Counted from the first letter of the stretch, positions 20,063 to 29,265 are shown. The stretch is DNA of 64,000 nucleotides from Bryobacteraceae bacterium (GCA_052325345.1 JBKQVG010000251.1:1-64000); one strand, 5' to 3'. Program-made: numbers and translations. Notes: generated from the letters alone by a model not told the origin.

Positions 20063-20126
20063 GATGAGAACCCCGATTGTAACAGCGGATGAGGCGGCGA
20101 CGGCCGCGCACCGCTACACTGAAACC

Positions 20127-20759
20127 ATGGAGTGGCAACTGGACGCGGCTGAAGTACGGGTGCTCGGCGCGCTGATCGAAAAGGAAATCACCACCCCCGA
20201 TCTATACCCGCTGTCGCTGAATGCGCTGGTGAACGCCTGCAACCAGAGGTCGAATCGCGACCCCGTCGTCGCTTACGACGAGGGGGTGGTGGAGGCGGCG
20301 CTGGCCTCGCTCCGCGCCAAAGGACTGGCCACGCGCATTACCGGAGCGGACGTACGCGTGCCCAAGCATACCGAGCGCTTGATCGAGAAGCTGAACCTGG
20401 GCCGCCGCGAGGTGGCGCTGCTGTGCGTGCTCATGCTGCGCGGGCCGCAAACGCCCGGCGAACTGCGGGGACGCAGCGAGCGCCTGCACACTTTCGACGA
20501 TCTGGAAGCAGTGGAGCACACCCTCGATCGGATGGCCGAAAGCGGCCTGGTAAAGAAGTTGCCGCGCCAGCCCGGATCGCGCGAATCGCGGTTCGCCCAC
20601 CTGCTTTCGGGCGATGTGGAAACGGCCGCGTACGCCGAGGCTTCGGCGAGCGAGGCCCGGCCAGCGGGCCCCAGCGACAGGGAGCGCCTGGCCGCACTGG
20701 AAAACGAAGTCGCCGAGATCAAGCGCGCCTTCGAGGAATTTCGCGCCCGGTTCGAATAG
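20127..20759 (+). CDS. YceH-like DUF480 family protein
   Basis: LDAAEVRVLGALIEKEITTPDLYPLSLNALVNACNQRSNRDPVV is the characteristic YceH N-terminus. The start is placed at M27 (20127), which avoids overlap with galE. Confidence 0.75.
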   Translation: MEWQLDAAEVRVLGALIEKEITTPDLYPLSLNALVNACNQRSNRDPVVAYDEGVVEAALASLRAKGLATRITGADVRVPKHTERLIEKLNLGRREVALLCVLMLRGPQTPGELRGRSERLHTFDDLEAVEHTLDRMAESGLVKKLPRQPGSRESRFAHLLSGDVETAAYAEASASEARPAGPSDRERLAALENEVAEIKRAFEEFRARFE

Positions 20760-20794
20760 GCTGGGCCGGCGTTTGTTCCGTCGCACAGTTACAC

Positions 20795-20807
20795 ATACAC
20801 TGTGTAT
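20795..20807. promoter_or_regulatory. Palindrome abutting the antitoxin start (candidate TA operator)
   Basis: ATACAC-T-GTGTAT is a perfect palindrome immediately 5' of the ATG at 20808. It is nested in CACAGT...ACTGTG. Confidence 0.4.
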
Positions 20808-21038
20808 ATGAAGAACATCACTCTCAGCGTGGACGACGATGTTCTGGCCGCCGTCCGCCGCCATGCCGCCGAGCGCGACTCCAGCGTGAACGCCTTGGTG
20901 CGTGAGTACCTGACCAATCTCGCCGGCCACCAGGACCGCGCCCGCCGCGCCCGCGGGCGGTTGCTCCAATTGAGCAGACAATCTCAAGGCCGGCTTGGCA
21001 AGAAGACCTGGGCACGGGAAGACCTGCATGAGCGCTAG
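20808..21038 (+). CDS. Ribbon-helix-helix-type antitoxin (VapB-like)
   Basis: MKNITLSVDDDVLAAVRRHAAERDSSVNALVREYL is a typical RHH antitoxin N-terminus. It overlaps the downstream PIN gene by 11 nt. Confidence 0.65.
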   Translation: MKNITLSVDDDVLAAVRRHAAERDSSVNALVREYLTNLAGHQDRARRARGRLLQLSRQSQGRLGKKTWAREDLHER

Positions 21039-21441
21039 GGTCTTCTTCGATACCAACGTCCTGGTGTATGCGGCAGTTGGGAGTGGCAAGGAGGAACGCA
21101 AACGCAAGCGTGCCCTCGACCTCGTTGAATCGGAGGACTTCGGCACGTCGGCTCAGGTCTTGCAGGAGTTCTTTGTAACCGTGGTTAAGAAAGCCGTGCG
21201 TCCGCTCTCCGCCGTCCAAGCCCTGGAATGGATCGAGCAGTGGGCGGAGTTTCCCTGCCAGCCCATCGACCGCGAGCTAGTGCAGATCGCTATCGAGCTG
21301 TCGCAGCGCTTTATGATTTCTTATTGGGATGCGGCGATTCTCGCTGCCGCGGAAGCCCTGGGAACGCACACCGTCTACTCTGAAGACTTCAATGACGGTC
21401 ATCAGTACGGACGGATCCGGGTGGTAAATCCATTTTCTTGA
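21028..21441 (+). CDS. PIN-domain toxin (VapC-like)
   Basis: MSARVFFDTNVLVYA (first acidic PIN motif), ...QVLQEFF..., ...SYWDAAILAAA... The start is at the ATG at 21028. Confidence 0.8.
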   Translation: MSARVFFDTNVLVYAAVGSGKEERKRKRALDLVESEDFGTSAQVLQEFFVTVVKKAVRPLSAVQALEWIEQWAEFPCQPIDRELVQIAIELSQRFMISYWDAAILAAAEALGTHTVYSEDFNDGHQYGRIRVVNPFS

Positions 21442-21455
21442 TCGCTTCAGCCCTG

Positions 21456-21488
21456 TTATTTCCACCTGAGCAGTTTCAGCGCGAGTCC
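21456..21488 (-). repeat. Displaced second copy of the last 10 codons plus stop of the ABC-2 permease gene
   Basis: The minus strand reads GGA CTC GCG CTG AAA CTG CTC AGG TGG AAA TAA = GLALKLLRWK*. The native end at 22316-22348 reads GGC CTG GCG CTG AAA CTG TTC CGC TGG AAA TAA = GLALKLFRWK*. That is 28/33 nt identical, and the changes are mostly synonymous. Confidence 0.8.
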
Positions 21489-21524
21489 TGGCTCGCGCGC
21501 CCGGAGACCGGCCGACTGACGCGT

Positions 21525-21941
21525 TCATTTGCGCCTGCCTTCTCGAAACAGGCACACGCGGACGCCGTGGCCCGGTTTCCTCCATCCCGAGTCGGCTGTC
21601 ATCGCGGCCAAATCCAGTTGACGCGCAAGCGTCAGGCACGCCCGATCGGCGAAGGAAAGGCCATTTGTCCAGGCGAGAGAGGAAAGATCGCGGCTCGCCC
21701 ATGCCAACTCCTCGTCCCACGGAATCACTTCGAGATCCAGAGCCCTGAGCAAGCGCTCCACCAGACGCGGTTCCCCTCCCTGGCGAACCAGTTTTGTCAT
21801 CGATTCTGTGAGGCTGATTGCCGATATCACCGAGCGCTCCAGCGCGGCCTGGACCTTCTCCCATCCCTGCTCGCGTCTTACCAGCGCGATAACGGCGGAA
21901 CTGTCAAGCACGTATTGCGGCTGCTCAGTCTTCAACTTCAC
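21525..21941 (-). CDS. PIN-domain toxin (VapC-like)
   Basis: ...YVLDSSAVIALV...ISLTESMTKL...SFADRACLTLA. I place the start at the GTG at 21941 (codon 22 of the track ORF), which overlaps the antitoxin stop by 17 nt. Confidence 0.7.
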   Translation of the reverse strand: MKLKTEQPQYVLDSSAVIALVRREQGWEKVQAALERSVISAISLTESMTKLVRQGGEPRLVERLLRALDLEVIPWDEELAWASRDLSSLAWTNGLSFADRACLTLARQLDLAAMTADSGWRKPGHGVRVCLFREGRRK

Positions 21942-22209
21942 GCCGTGCCTCTTCGCGGCGCGCGGCGACCAGTTCGTCCGACCACACTTCGGTTGCGGGA
22001 GCAAGGCCGCAGAAGTATTCCTGCGCTTCGCGCACGGCAGCCGTCCTGGATTCGAGCACGATCCGCCCGGCGCGGCCTTCCGTGATACTCACCGTCGCGC
22101 CAGGCTGTACGCCGAGCTTTTCGCGAAGCGGAGCCGGTATCAGGATCCGTCCCGCGCTATCTACTTTGCCCCTGTACCTGGCTCCCACTGTTCGACGCAT
22201 TTCCCACAT
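21925..22209 (-). CDS. AbrB/SpoVT/MazE-type antitoxin
   Basis: GKVDSAGRILIPAPLREKLGVQPGATVSITEGRAGRIVL is a swapped-hairpin barrel (AbrB-like) motif. It lies upstream of, and overlaps, the PIN gene. Confidence 0.75.
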   Translation of the reverse strand: MWEMRRTVGARYRGKVDSAGRILIPAPLREKLGVQPGATVSITEGRAGRIVLESRTAAVREAQEYFCGLAPATEVWSDELVAARREEARREVED

Positions 22210-22279
22210 CCTCGCCTTTTGACATTTTACCGCAATCTGCCATCCATGGTCGGAGCAGCGCGCCGCGGTGCCGTGCGGG

Positions 22280-22305
22280 GCTGATCGCTGACTGCTGATC
22301 GCTGA
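22280..22305. repeat. Tandem GCTGATCGCTGA repeat (2 copies, 14-nt period)
   Basis: gctgatcgctga occurs at 22280-22291 and 22294-22305, 10 nt downstream of the ABC-2 permease stop. A related motif cluster is at 26936-27015. Confidence 0.7.
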
Positions 22306-22315
22306 ACGCTATCCG

Positions 22316-23341
22316 TTATTTCCAGCGGAACAGTTTCAGCGCCAGGCCGAAGCAAAGCACCATCCAGGCACCCATGATGCCGAGTTGCGGCGCGACCTGC
22401 GCCAGCGCGGCGCCCTGCAGCATGTTGGCGCGCAGCGAGTCGATCAGCGCGGTCAGGGGCAGCGCGTGGATCATGGGCTGCAGCGCGTCCGGAAACCGCT
22501 CGGCGGAGAAGAATACGCCGGAGAGGATCCACATCGGCATCATGACCAGGTTCATCAGACCGCTGGCGGCCTCGATGGTGTGCACGCGGGAGGCGATGAG
22601 CAGGCCTACCGAACTGAATGCCAGCGAGCCGGTGACGCACACCACCGCCAATCCGCCCAGCGAGCCGCGCATCGGCACGCCAAACACCACCATGCCGAAG
22701 CCCGCCACCACTCCCACTTCCACCACCAGCAGCAGCAGCCGCGAAAGGATAAACGAGAGCAGGTAGTAGTGGCGCGGCATGGGCGTGGCCACCAGGCGCT
22801 TGAGCAGCTTTTTCCGGCGTGCGTCCACCACGGCGAAGCCCACGCCCCAGATGGCGCTGCCCATCATATTCATGCCCAGCAGCCCGGGAATCAAAAAGTC
22901 GATGTAGCGGGAGCCGGGCTCGCGCATCAACCGGTCCTCGATGGGGACTGGATTGGACCGGCCGGCGGCGCGCTGGATGGCGCTATCGGCCAACTGGCGG
23001 GCGGTGCGGCCGTCGGGATTGGTGTCGTCGAAGCGGTATACCACGCCGCCGGCCGAACTCTCCACCACCAGCGCGACCTTGCCTTGCCGCAGCGCTTGGA
23101 TAGCCGAACCTGGCGGGAGCTGGCGAACGTCGAGCTGCTTTTCCTGGCGCAGCGCGCGCACCAGGCCGGGGTTGGTGGCGGCGATCTTCAGCACCTCCGC
23201 CGGCCGGTTGCGAAAAGCCAGGCCCAGGCCGCCGGCCAGCAGGATGGGAAACACGAACACCCAAAAAATGGCTTCCGGCTCGCGCACGAACTCGCGGAAG
23301 CGCACCAGCGTCAATTCGAACAGCGGATGCCGCCTATTCAT
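22316..23341 (-). CDS. ABC-2 type transporter permease
   Basis: Six hydrophobic segments and ABC-2 family features (MNRRHPLFELTLVRFREFVREPEAIFWVFVFPILLA...). The start is at M11 (23341), overlapping the ATPase stop by 8 nt. Confidence 0.8.
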   Translation of the reverse strand: MNRRHPLFELTLVRFREFVREPEAIFWVFVFPILLAGGLGLAFRNRPAEVLKIAATNPGLVRALRQEKQLDVRQLPPGSAIQALRQGKVALVVESSAGGVVYRFDDTNPDGRTARQLADSAIQRAAGRSNPVPIEDRLMREPGSRYIDFLIPGLLGMNMMGSAIWGVGFAVVDARRKKLLKRLVATPMPRHYYLLSFILSRLLLLVVEVGVVAGFGMVVFGVPMRGSLGGLAVVCVTGSLAFSSVGLLIASRVHTIEAASGLMNLVMMPMWILSGVFFSAERFPDALQPMIHALPLTALIDSLRANMLQGAALAQVAPQLGIMGAWMVLCFGLALKLFRWK

Positions 23342-24272
23342 CGCGCAGCCGCCGTCCCGTGAATGCCACAAAAACGTCCTCTAACGTTGCCGAATGCACG
23401 CGCAGCTCGGTGAGCGGTTGCCCTTGCCGCTCCAACTCGTCGAGCAGGGCCGGCAGCGCGTCATGGAGCTGCCCGACCTGGGCTTCCACCGCGCCGTCCT
23501 CCGTCCGCGCGGCGGCCACGCATCCCAGGGCGCCGAAGGCGGCGGCATCGAGCTGGCGGCCGGCCGAAGACAATCGGACCACGTGCCCGGCGCCGATCGA
23601 GGCGATCAGCTCGCCCGGAGTGCCCAGCGCGATCACCTTGCCGTGGTCCATGATGGCCACGCGGTCGCAGAGGCGTTCGGCCTCCTCCATGTAGTGCGTG
23701 GTGAGCAGAATCGTGCGGCCGGCCCGTTGCAATTCCGCGATCAGCTCCCAGAGCTGCCGGCGCGCGTGCGGATCGAGGCCGGTCGTGGGCTCATCGAGGA
23801 ACAGTAGGTCGGGTTCGCCCACCAGCGCGCAGGCCAGCGCCAGCCGCTGCTTCTGGCCGCCGGAAAGGCCGCCCACGCGGGATTCGCGCTTTTCGTCCAG
23901 TTGCACGCGGGCGATCACCTCGTCCGCCGACGGGCCCCGCGGAAAGAAGCTGCGAAACAGCGAGAGCGTCTCGTGCACCGTGAGCTTTTCGGAAAGCTGC
24001 GTCTCCTGGAGCTGAATGCCGAGCCGCTCCCGCAAACGCCGGGCGTCTTTTTCCCACCTCATCCCGAGCACTTCCACGTCGCCCGAATCGCAGCCGGTCA
24101 GCCCTTCGCAGATTTCGATGGTGGTGGTTTTTCCCGCCCCGTTGGGACCCAGCAGGCCGAAACATTCGCCCGCGCGCACTTCCAGATTCAGGCCGTCCAC
24201 GGCTAGCACATCCTGAAACGCCTTGCGGAGATTGCGCACGCGCAATGCCGGCGGCGCGGATGATGGCGACAT
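23334..24272 (-). CDS. ABC transporter ATP-binding protein
   Basis: Walker A GPNGAGKTTT, signature LSGGQKQRL, Walker B LLFLDEPTTGLD. The start is moved to M45 (24272; MSPSSAPPALRVRNLRK). Confidence 0.9.
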   Translation of the reverse strand: MSPSSAPPALRVRNLRKAFQDVLAVDGLNLEVRAGECFGLLGPNGAGKTTTIEICEGLTGCDSGDVEVLGMRWEKDARRLRERLGIQLQETQLSEKLTVHETLSLFRSFFPRGPSADEVIARVQLDEKRESRVGGLSGGQKQRLALACALVGEPDLLFLDEPTTGLDPHARRQLWELIAELQRAGRTILLTTHYMEEAERLCDRVAIMDHGKVIALGTPGELIASIGAGHVVRLSSAGRQLDAAAFGALGCVAAARTEDGAVEAQVGQLHDALPALLDELERQGQPLTELRVHSATLEDVFVAFTGRRLRDE

Positions 24273-24494
24273 CCTAATAGTGTAATTCGCCGGATGGGCG
24301 GATATGCCGTTTGTGGTCATTGCCCCGCTTAAGCCGGTCCAGCCCGGCGCGGCCGCTCCAGCCTGCGGCGAGATTTCGCACTCCTGCAATCTCAAGCCTG
24401 TCAAAGCCTACCCGTTCCCATCCCCCCGCCCGCTCCGCAAATCGCCTGAACTCCAGCTCCCGGCCCGTCGTACTATCTTTTTCGGGGGTTCGGG

Positions 24495-26924
24495 ATGCAC
24501 CTTTGGCACGACGTTCGATATGGGGCGCGCATGCTTCGCGGCTCGCCTGCGTTTTTCGCCACCGCCGTGCTGACCCTGGCGCTCGGCATCGGCGCCACCA
24601 CCGCGGTTTTCAGCGTCTGCGACAGCCTGCTCTGGAAACCCATTCCGCTGCCCGGCTTGGATAGCCTTGCCATGGTGGTGCAGGCCGATCCCGGCAATCC
24701 CGAATATTGGAACGACATTGCTCCGGCGGACGCGGCGGACATCCAGCGCGACAACACGGCCTTCCGGCAGTTCGGCGGTTGGGAATACGGGCTGGCCAAT
24801 ATCGTGGGCGCGGGAAACCAGCCGCTGCGCGTCCAGCAGGCGCTCGTGACCGCCAATTTCTTTGGCGTGATCGGTGTGCGGCCCGCCATCGGGCGCGGCT
24901 TTCAGCCGGGCGAGGACGAGCCCGGGCGCGACCGCGAGGTGATTCTCAGCGACCCGCTCTGGAAGCGGTGTTTCGGAGCCGACCCGGCCATCGTGGGAAA
25001 ATCCGTGCGCCTGGACGATCGCACATTCGTAGTCATTGGCGTCATGCCCTCCAGCTTCGATTTCCCCCTGGCCACCGAGATATGGACACCCCTGGCGCTC
25101 ACCCCGGAACAGCGCACCTCGCGCCGGCTCAACGCCATGGTCGCGGTCGCGCGCCTGAAGCCGCCGGACGGAGTCCCTCAAGCCCAAGCCCGGGTGGACA
25201 GCACCGCCGCGCGCCTTTCGGCGGCGTATCCCGATACCAACAAGAACCGGCATTTTATGGTGTGGCCCGGACGGACATTCCTGGTGGATCGCGAAACCAG
25301 CGACTACCTCACCATGCTGCTGGGCTCGGTCCTCTTCGTGCTGCTGATCGCCTGCGTAAACGTGGCCAACCTGCAGTTCGCGCGCGCCACCGGGCGGTTG
25401 CGCGAGATCGCGCTGCGTACGGCGCTCGGCGCCAACCGTTCCCGCGTGGTGGTGCAGCTCATCACCGAAAGCGTGGTGCTTTCGATCTGCGGAGGAGCGC
25501 TCGGCCTCGGTTTCGCCAACTGGGGCATGAAGGCGATCAAAACCGGGATGCCGCCCGAGATTCAACGCTACATCCTGGGTTGGAAGGATATCGCCCTGGA
25601 CACCCGGACGCTGGGGTTCACCGTATTGGCGGTGGTCGTTAGCGGCATACTGGCGGGATTGGCGCCGGCATGGCAGTGTTCGCGGCCCAATCTCACCGAT
25701 GCTCTGAAGGAAGGCGGCCGCGGCTCTTCCAGCGGCCGCGGGCGGCACGCCCTCCGCAACGTTCTGGTTTCCGCCGAGATCGCGCTCGCCGTGGTCCTGC
25801 TGGTGGGCGCCGGTCTGATGGTTCGCGGCTTCCAGACGCTGCAGAAACGGGGCGCCGAGCTCGAGCCCGATACCCTGCTCACGCTGCGTCTGGCGCTAAC
25901 CGACAACAAGTACGAGCAGCCGCGGCAGAAAGCGGCTTTCTATCGCCAAGTGCTGGAGCGGATCGCGGCGATCCCGCAAGTTCGTTCCGCCTCGGCCGCA
26001 TCCGCCATGCCCTATAGTGAGCACTCCAGCGGCCGCGACTTCACCATAGAAGGCCGCGCGGTCGAGCCGGGCAACGCACCCAATGGCATGTACCAGGTGG
26101 TGAGCGCGAATTTCTTCGAAACCTTGCACGTCCCCTTGCGCGCCGGCCGCTTCTTTAGTAGTGGCGACGGCCCCGAATCGCCTCGCGTCGCCGCCATCAG
26201 CGAGCGCATGGCGCACCGCTGGTGGCCCAACGAGTCGCCCATCGGCCGGCACATCAAGATCGGCGCGCCCGATTCGAAAAACCCATGGGTGACCATCGTG
26301 GGAGTGGTGGGAGACCTCATGCACAATCCCTACGACCGCCAGCCGCGCCGCACCATCTACCTGCCCTATCTGCAGGCGCCGGCGGGGTGGATGGATCTTG
26401 GTATCCGTACCACGGGCGATCCCCTGCGCGTAGCGCCGGCCGTAACCGCCGCCATCCGCTCCGTGGATCCGGAGCAGCCCATCACCGAGATGCAGACGCT
26501 GGAGAAATCGATCCACAATAGCGCCATCGGGCTGAACTATATGGCCGTGCTGATGGGCGTTTTCGGAGCGATCGCCCTGGTGCTCTCGGCCATTGGTGTG
26601 TATGGCGTCATGGCCTACGTGGTCTCCGAACAAACACACGAGATCGGCATCCGCCTGGCGTTGGGCGCGGCAAGACCAAACGTGCTCTTGATGGTATTCC
26701 GCCGCGGCATGTTGACGGCCGCGGTAGGCTTGGCCGTTGGGCTGCCCGCCGCGTACGGGTTCGCGCGGCTGATGGCATCGTTGGTGTACGGCGTCAGCGC
26801 GACCGATCCGGTGACGTTCGCCGGAATCTCGCTCTCGCTCGCCGCCGCCACCGCGCTCGCGGTTTTCGTCCCCGCCCAGCGGGCCATGCGCATCGATCCC
26901 ATCGTGGCGCTGCGGTATGAATGA
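24495..26924 (+). CDS. ADOP-family duplicated MacB-like ABC permease
   Basis: [39 protein letters not shown] is the typical ADOP N-terminus. Two MacB_PCD plus FtsX-like halves. The protein ends [10 protein letters not shown]. Confidence 0.85.
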   Translation: MHLWHDVRYGARMLRGSPAFFATAVLTLALGIGATTAVFSVCDSLLWKPIPLPGLDSLAMVVQADPGNPEYWNDIAPADAADIQRDNTAFRQFGGWEYGLANIVGAGNQPLRVQQALVTANFFGVIGVRPAIGRGFQPGEDEPGRDREVILSDPLWKRCFGADPAIVGKSVRLDDRTFVVIGVMPSSFDFPLATEIWTPLALTPEQRTSRRLNAMVAVARLKPPDGVPQAQARVDSTAARLSAAYPDTNKNRHFMVWPGRTFLVDRETSDYLTMLLGSVLFVLLIACVNVANLQFARATGRLREIALRTALGANRSRVVVQLITESVVLSICGGALGLGFANWGMKAIKTGMPPEIQRYILGWKDIALDTRTLGFTVLAVVVSGILAGLAPAWQCSRPNLTDALKEGGRGSSSGRGRHALRNVLVSAEIALAVVLLVGAGLMVRGFQTLQKRGAELEPDTLLTLRLALTDNKYEQPRQKAAFYRQVLERIAAIPQVRSASAASAMPYSEHSSGRDFTIEGRAVEPGNAPNGMYQVVSANFFETLHVPLRAGRFFSSGDGPESPRVAAISERMAHRWWPNESPIGRHIKIGAPDSKNPWVTIVGVVGDLMHNPYDRQPRRTIYLPYLQAPAGWMDLGIRTTGDPLRVAPAVTAAIRSVDPEQPITEMQTLEKSIHNSAIGLNYMAVLMGVFGAIALVLSAIGVYGVMAYVVSEQTHEIGIRLALGAARPNVLLMVFRRGMLTAAVGLAVGLPAAYGFARLMASLVYGVSATDPVTFAGISLSLAAATALAVFVPAQRAMRIDPIVALRYE

Positions 26925-26935
26925 AGTGAAGCGGC

Positions 26936-27015
26936 CAGCAGTCAGCGGTCAGCTTTCAGCTACAGCGGTGTTTGGCTGATTGCTGACCGCTGACCGCTGG
27001 TTGCTGACAGCTTTC
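26936..27015. repeat. GCTGAC/GTCAGC-rich inverted-repeat cluster (REP-like, between convergent genes)
   Basis: cagcagtcagcggtcagc (26936-26953) is the reverse complement of gctgaccgctgaccgctg (26982-26999) with one mismatch. A further hairpin, GCTGAcagctttcTCAGC, follows. Confidence 0.6.
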
Positions 27016-29196
27016 TCAGCGGATACGAAACAGCACCTCGTTCCTCGAGCGGGCTTCGACGGTCATGTTCCACTCCAGCGGGTGGGCCAGAATTGCCTCG
27101 CCGAGAGGGCCGTTGCCGGAATCGCCCACCGGGGCCATCACGTAGCGATAGCCGGCGCGCCTCAACAAACGGGCCACGGCGAACCGCCAGTCCTCCGGCC
27201 GGCGCAGGGTGGCGACGCCGGGTGTGGCGACCTTGCTCCAGTGAAAGTCCAGACCCTGGACCCAGCAATCGAGCGACACGCCGAGCGCCGGAGTATGCGA
27301 CAGGACCACGGCGGTGTCGATGGTGCGCGGCCCATCGAAATCCACTTCCAGGAACATGCCGCGGCGCAACGGCTCCCAGGTCCGCCAGCGCGTCAGCGTC
27401 AGTCCGTCGAAAGCCAGCGGCGCTTCCCACACGTTGGGTTTGGCGCGCAGGGTCCAGGCGGGATTGGAGTCGAGCCGCTCACCGTTCGAAGCGAACTCCA
27501 CTTCGTCCACGTCCCATTCGCTCGGGTAGCCGGCGGGAATCCGAAACTGCACGGCCCGCAGCGATTGGGACGGGAATTCGAAGCGCCAGTCATAGAAGTA
27601 ATCGGTGGTGGCGTTGGCGGCCAGGTGAAACATGTCGTCGAGGCGGTCGCATTCGGCCGACTGCCAGAAAACGCGCACGTCCCGGTCGAGGTAGGCGTTG
27701 GCCACGGCGCTGAAAGAGAAGATGCGTGCGCCGGGAGGGCTATGGGCTTCGATCATCCGCGCGGCGGCGTATTCCGTGGTGTGGGTTGCCAGGTAGTGGG
27801 ACTCCGATTCGATGCGCAGCGCGGCGGCGAGCGGAAATTCGTGCAGGCGGAACGTCCAGGGCGGCTGAAAGGCGTTGAGCAACTGCGGCCAGCAGAGTGC
27901 GGCTTGAAGCCAGAACGCGGCCCAGGCGGCGCGGCGCGGCAGCACCAGGCCCAGCGCCAGCCATCCGAACACCACCGCCGGCATCAGGAAGCGGGCGCCC
28001 TTGTTGCTCAACCAGGGGGTCGAGAGCAGCAGGGCCGCCGCCAAGCACAGCCGGCCGGCACGGCTGCGCCACGCCAGCAAAGCGAGCGGAAGCAGCCATA
28101 GGAGCGGTCCGAAGGTGCCCACCATGCGGTCGCCAAAAGCCAGTTCCCACGGCACGCCCCACCACTTCACCGTGCCCAGGGAAGCCAGGTGCGAAGCAAG
28201 ATCCCGTTCGACGGCGATGTGAAAAAACGGATTGGGAAAGATGCGGTTGCCAAGCGGTGCCAGAGGATTGCCGGTGAGGAAGGCGGCGCGGCCCATCCAC
28301 GGCGCTATGCTCAACGCGGCTCCCGCGGCCAACGGAAACAAGCCGCGCCAACGCCGCTGCGCGATCACGAATAGAACCGTGCCCAACACGGCGGCCGCTC
28401 CCGGCATCTTGATGGCATAACAGAAGCCGGCCGTCAAGCCCGCGGCCAGCAGGTGCGCGCCGCCGCCGGGCACCCGGTCCCGCCATTCGAGGAGAAGCCA
28501 AAACGACGCCAGCGCGAAGAAAACCAGCGCGGCGTCGTTGTAGGACGACGATCCGGTGAGCCCGGCGACGGGAGCGAAGAAGTAGGCTCCCGCGGTGAGC
28601 AGCGCGCCCCCGCGGCTCAATCCCAATCGCGCGGCAATCCGCAAAATCAGCGGAGGCGTGGCGGCAAACAGGGCGAACTCCACCAGTTTTGCGGCCGAGT
28701 GGCGTCCAAAAGCAAACGCCGCCGTAAAGAGCATTTCCATGCCCTGCGGCACCATGTCGAAGAACGTGATGCGGTCGGGAAAAGCGCCCATGCGGACGTA
28801 CTCGGCGGGCAGGCCGAGATGATAGGTGAGGCCGTCGGGCCACGTTTCGGGAACCAGCGCATTGACCAGATACCAGACGCCGTAGGCGAGAAAGGGAATG
28901 ACGGGCAATAAAAAGTCCCAGCCCGAGGCCCGCGGCAGAGGCCGGGTCGCCGCCGCCCGGGAACGCGCCGGCCAGGCGAGCCACGCCAGCGGCGCGGCGC
29001 CCAAGCCGAGATACATGGGCCAACCGCCGGCGCCGCACGCCAGAATGACAAACACCAGCAGGCTTTCGATGGCGGCGCCTGCCGCCAGGGCGATTTCCCA
29101 GGGGATGGAAAGCCGGCGCAATGCCAAAGCTCCCCACGCATAGGCTGAAGCTACGGTGAAAGCACCGCCAAATAAAATGGAGACCAGTTCAGGCAC
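27016..29196 (-). CDS. Polytopic membrane protein, GT-C/PMT_2-like putative glycosyltransferase with a soluble C-terminal region
   Basis: About 12 hydrophobic segments over the first roughly 460 aa, with an ArnT/PMT-like layout. The C-terminal roughly 260 aa is soluble and includes a discoidin-like stretch (AWTLRAKPNVWEAPLAFDGLTLTRWRTWEP...FLEVDF). The family assignment is from pattern recognition only. Confidence 0.55.
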   Translation of the reverse strand: MPELVSILFGGAFTVASAYAWGALALRRLSIPWEIALAAGAAIESLLVFVILACGAGGWPMYLGLGAAPLAWLAWPARSRAAATRPLPRASGWDFLLPVIPFLAYGVWYLVNALVPETWPDGLTYHLGLPAEYVRMGAFPDRITFFDMVPQGMEMLFTAAFAFGRHSAAKLVEFALFAATPPLILRIAARLGLSRGGALLTAGAYFFAPVAGLTGSSSYNDAALVFFALASFWLLLEWRDRVPGGGAHLLAAGLTAGFCYAIKMPGAAAVLGTVLFVIAQRRWRGLFPLAAGAALSIAPWMGRAAFLTGNPLAPLGNRIFPNPFFHIAVERDLASHLASLGTVKWWGVPWELAFGDRMVGTFGPLLWLLPLALLAWRSRAGRLCLAAALLLSTPWLSNKGARFLMPAVVFGWLALGLVLPRRAAWAAFWLQAALCWPQLLNAFQPPWTFRLHEFPLAAALRIESESHYLATHTTEYAAARMIEAHSPPGARIFSFSAVANAYLDRDVRVFWQSAECDRLDDMFHLAANATTDYFYDWRFEFPSQSLRAVQFRIPAGYPSEWDVDEVEFASNGERLDSNPAWTLRAKPNVWEAPLAFDGLTLTRWRTWEPLRRGMFLEVDFDGPRTIDTAVVLSHTPALGVSLDCWVQGLDFHWSKVATPGVATLRRPEDWRFAVARLLRRAGYRYVMAPVGDSGNGPLGEAILAHPLEWNMTVEARSRNEVLFRIR

Positions 29197-29265
29197 TCGA
29201 CCGCAATTCTCACACAGTCGGGTCCGGATAGGCGAACAGAGTCGCCGGTGTGCCCAGTGAACCGG

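Noticed and set aside
20760-21441. A third 'gene end, cassette, gene end' case for the plus-strand VapBC module relative to yceH
   Set aside because: No sequence resembling the yceH 3' end (...EEFRARFE*) is found after the VapC stop. Only the ABC-2-derived copy lies there.
24408-25748. 446-aa minus-strand ORF. Similar long antisense ORFs occur at 26980-28101, 27740-29137, 42656-44080, 44342-46033, 47142-47987, 47153-48610, 55918-56760, 56868-57980, 59829-61247 and elsewhere.
   Set aside because: All overlap well-supported genes on the other strand or in another frame. All show the typical shadow-ORF composition of GC-rich DNA.
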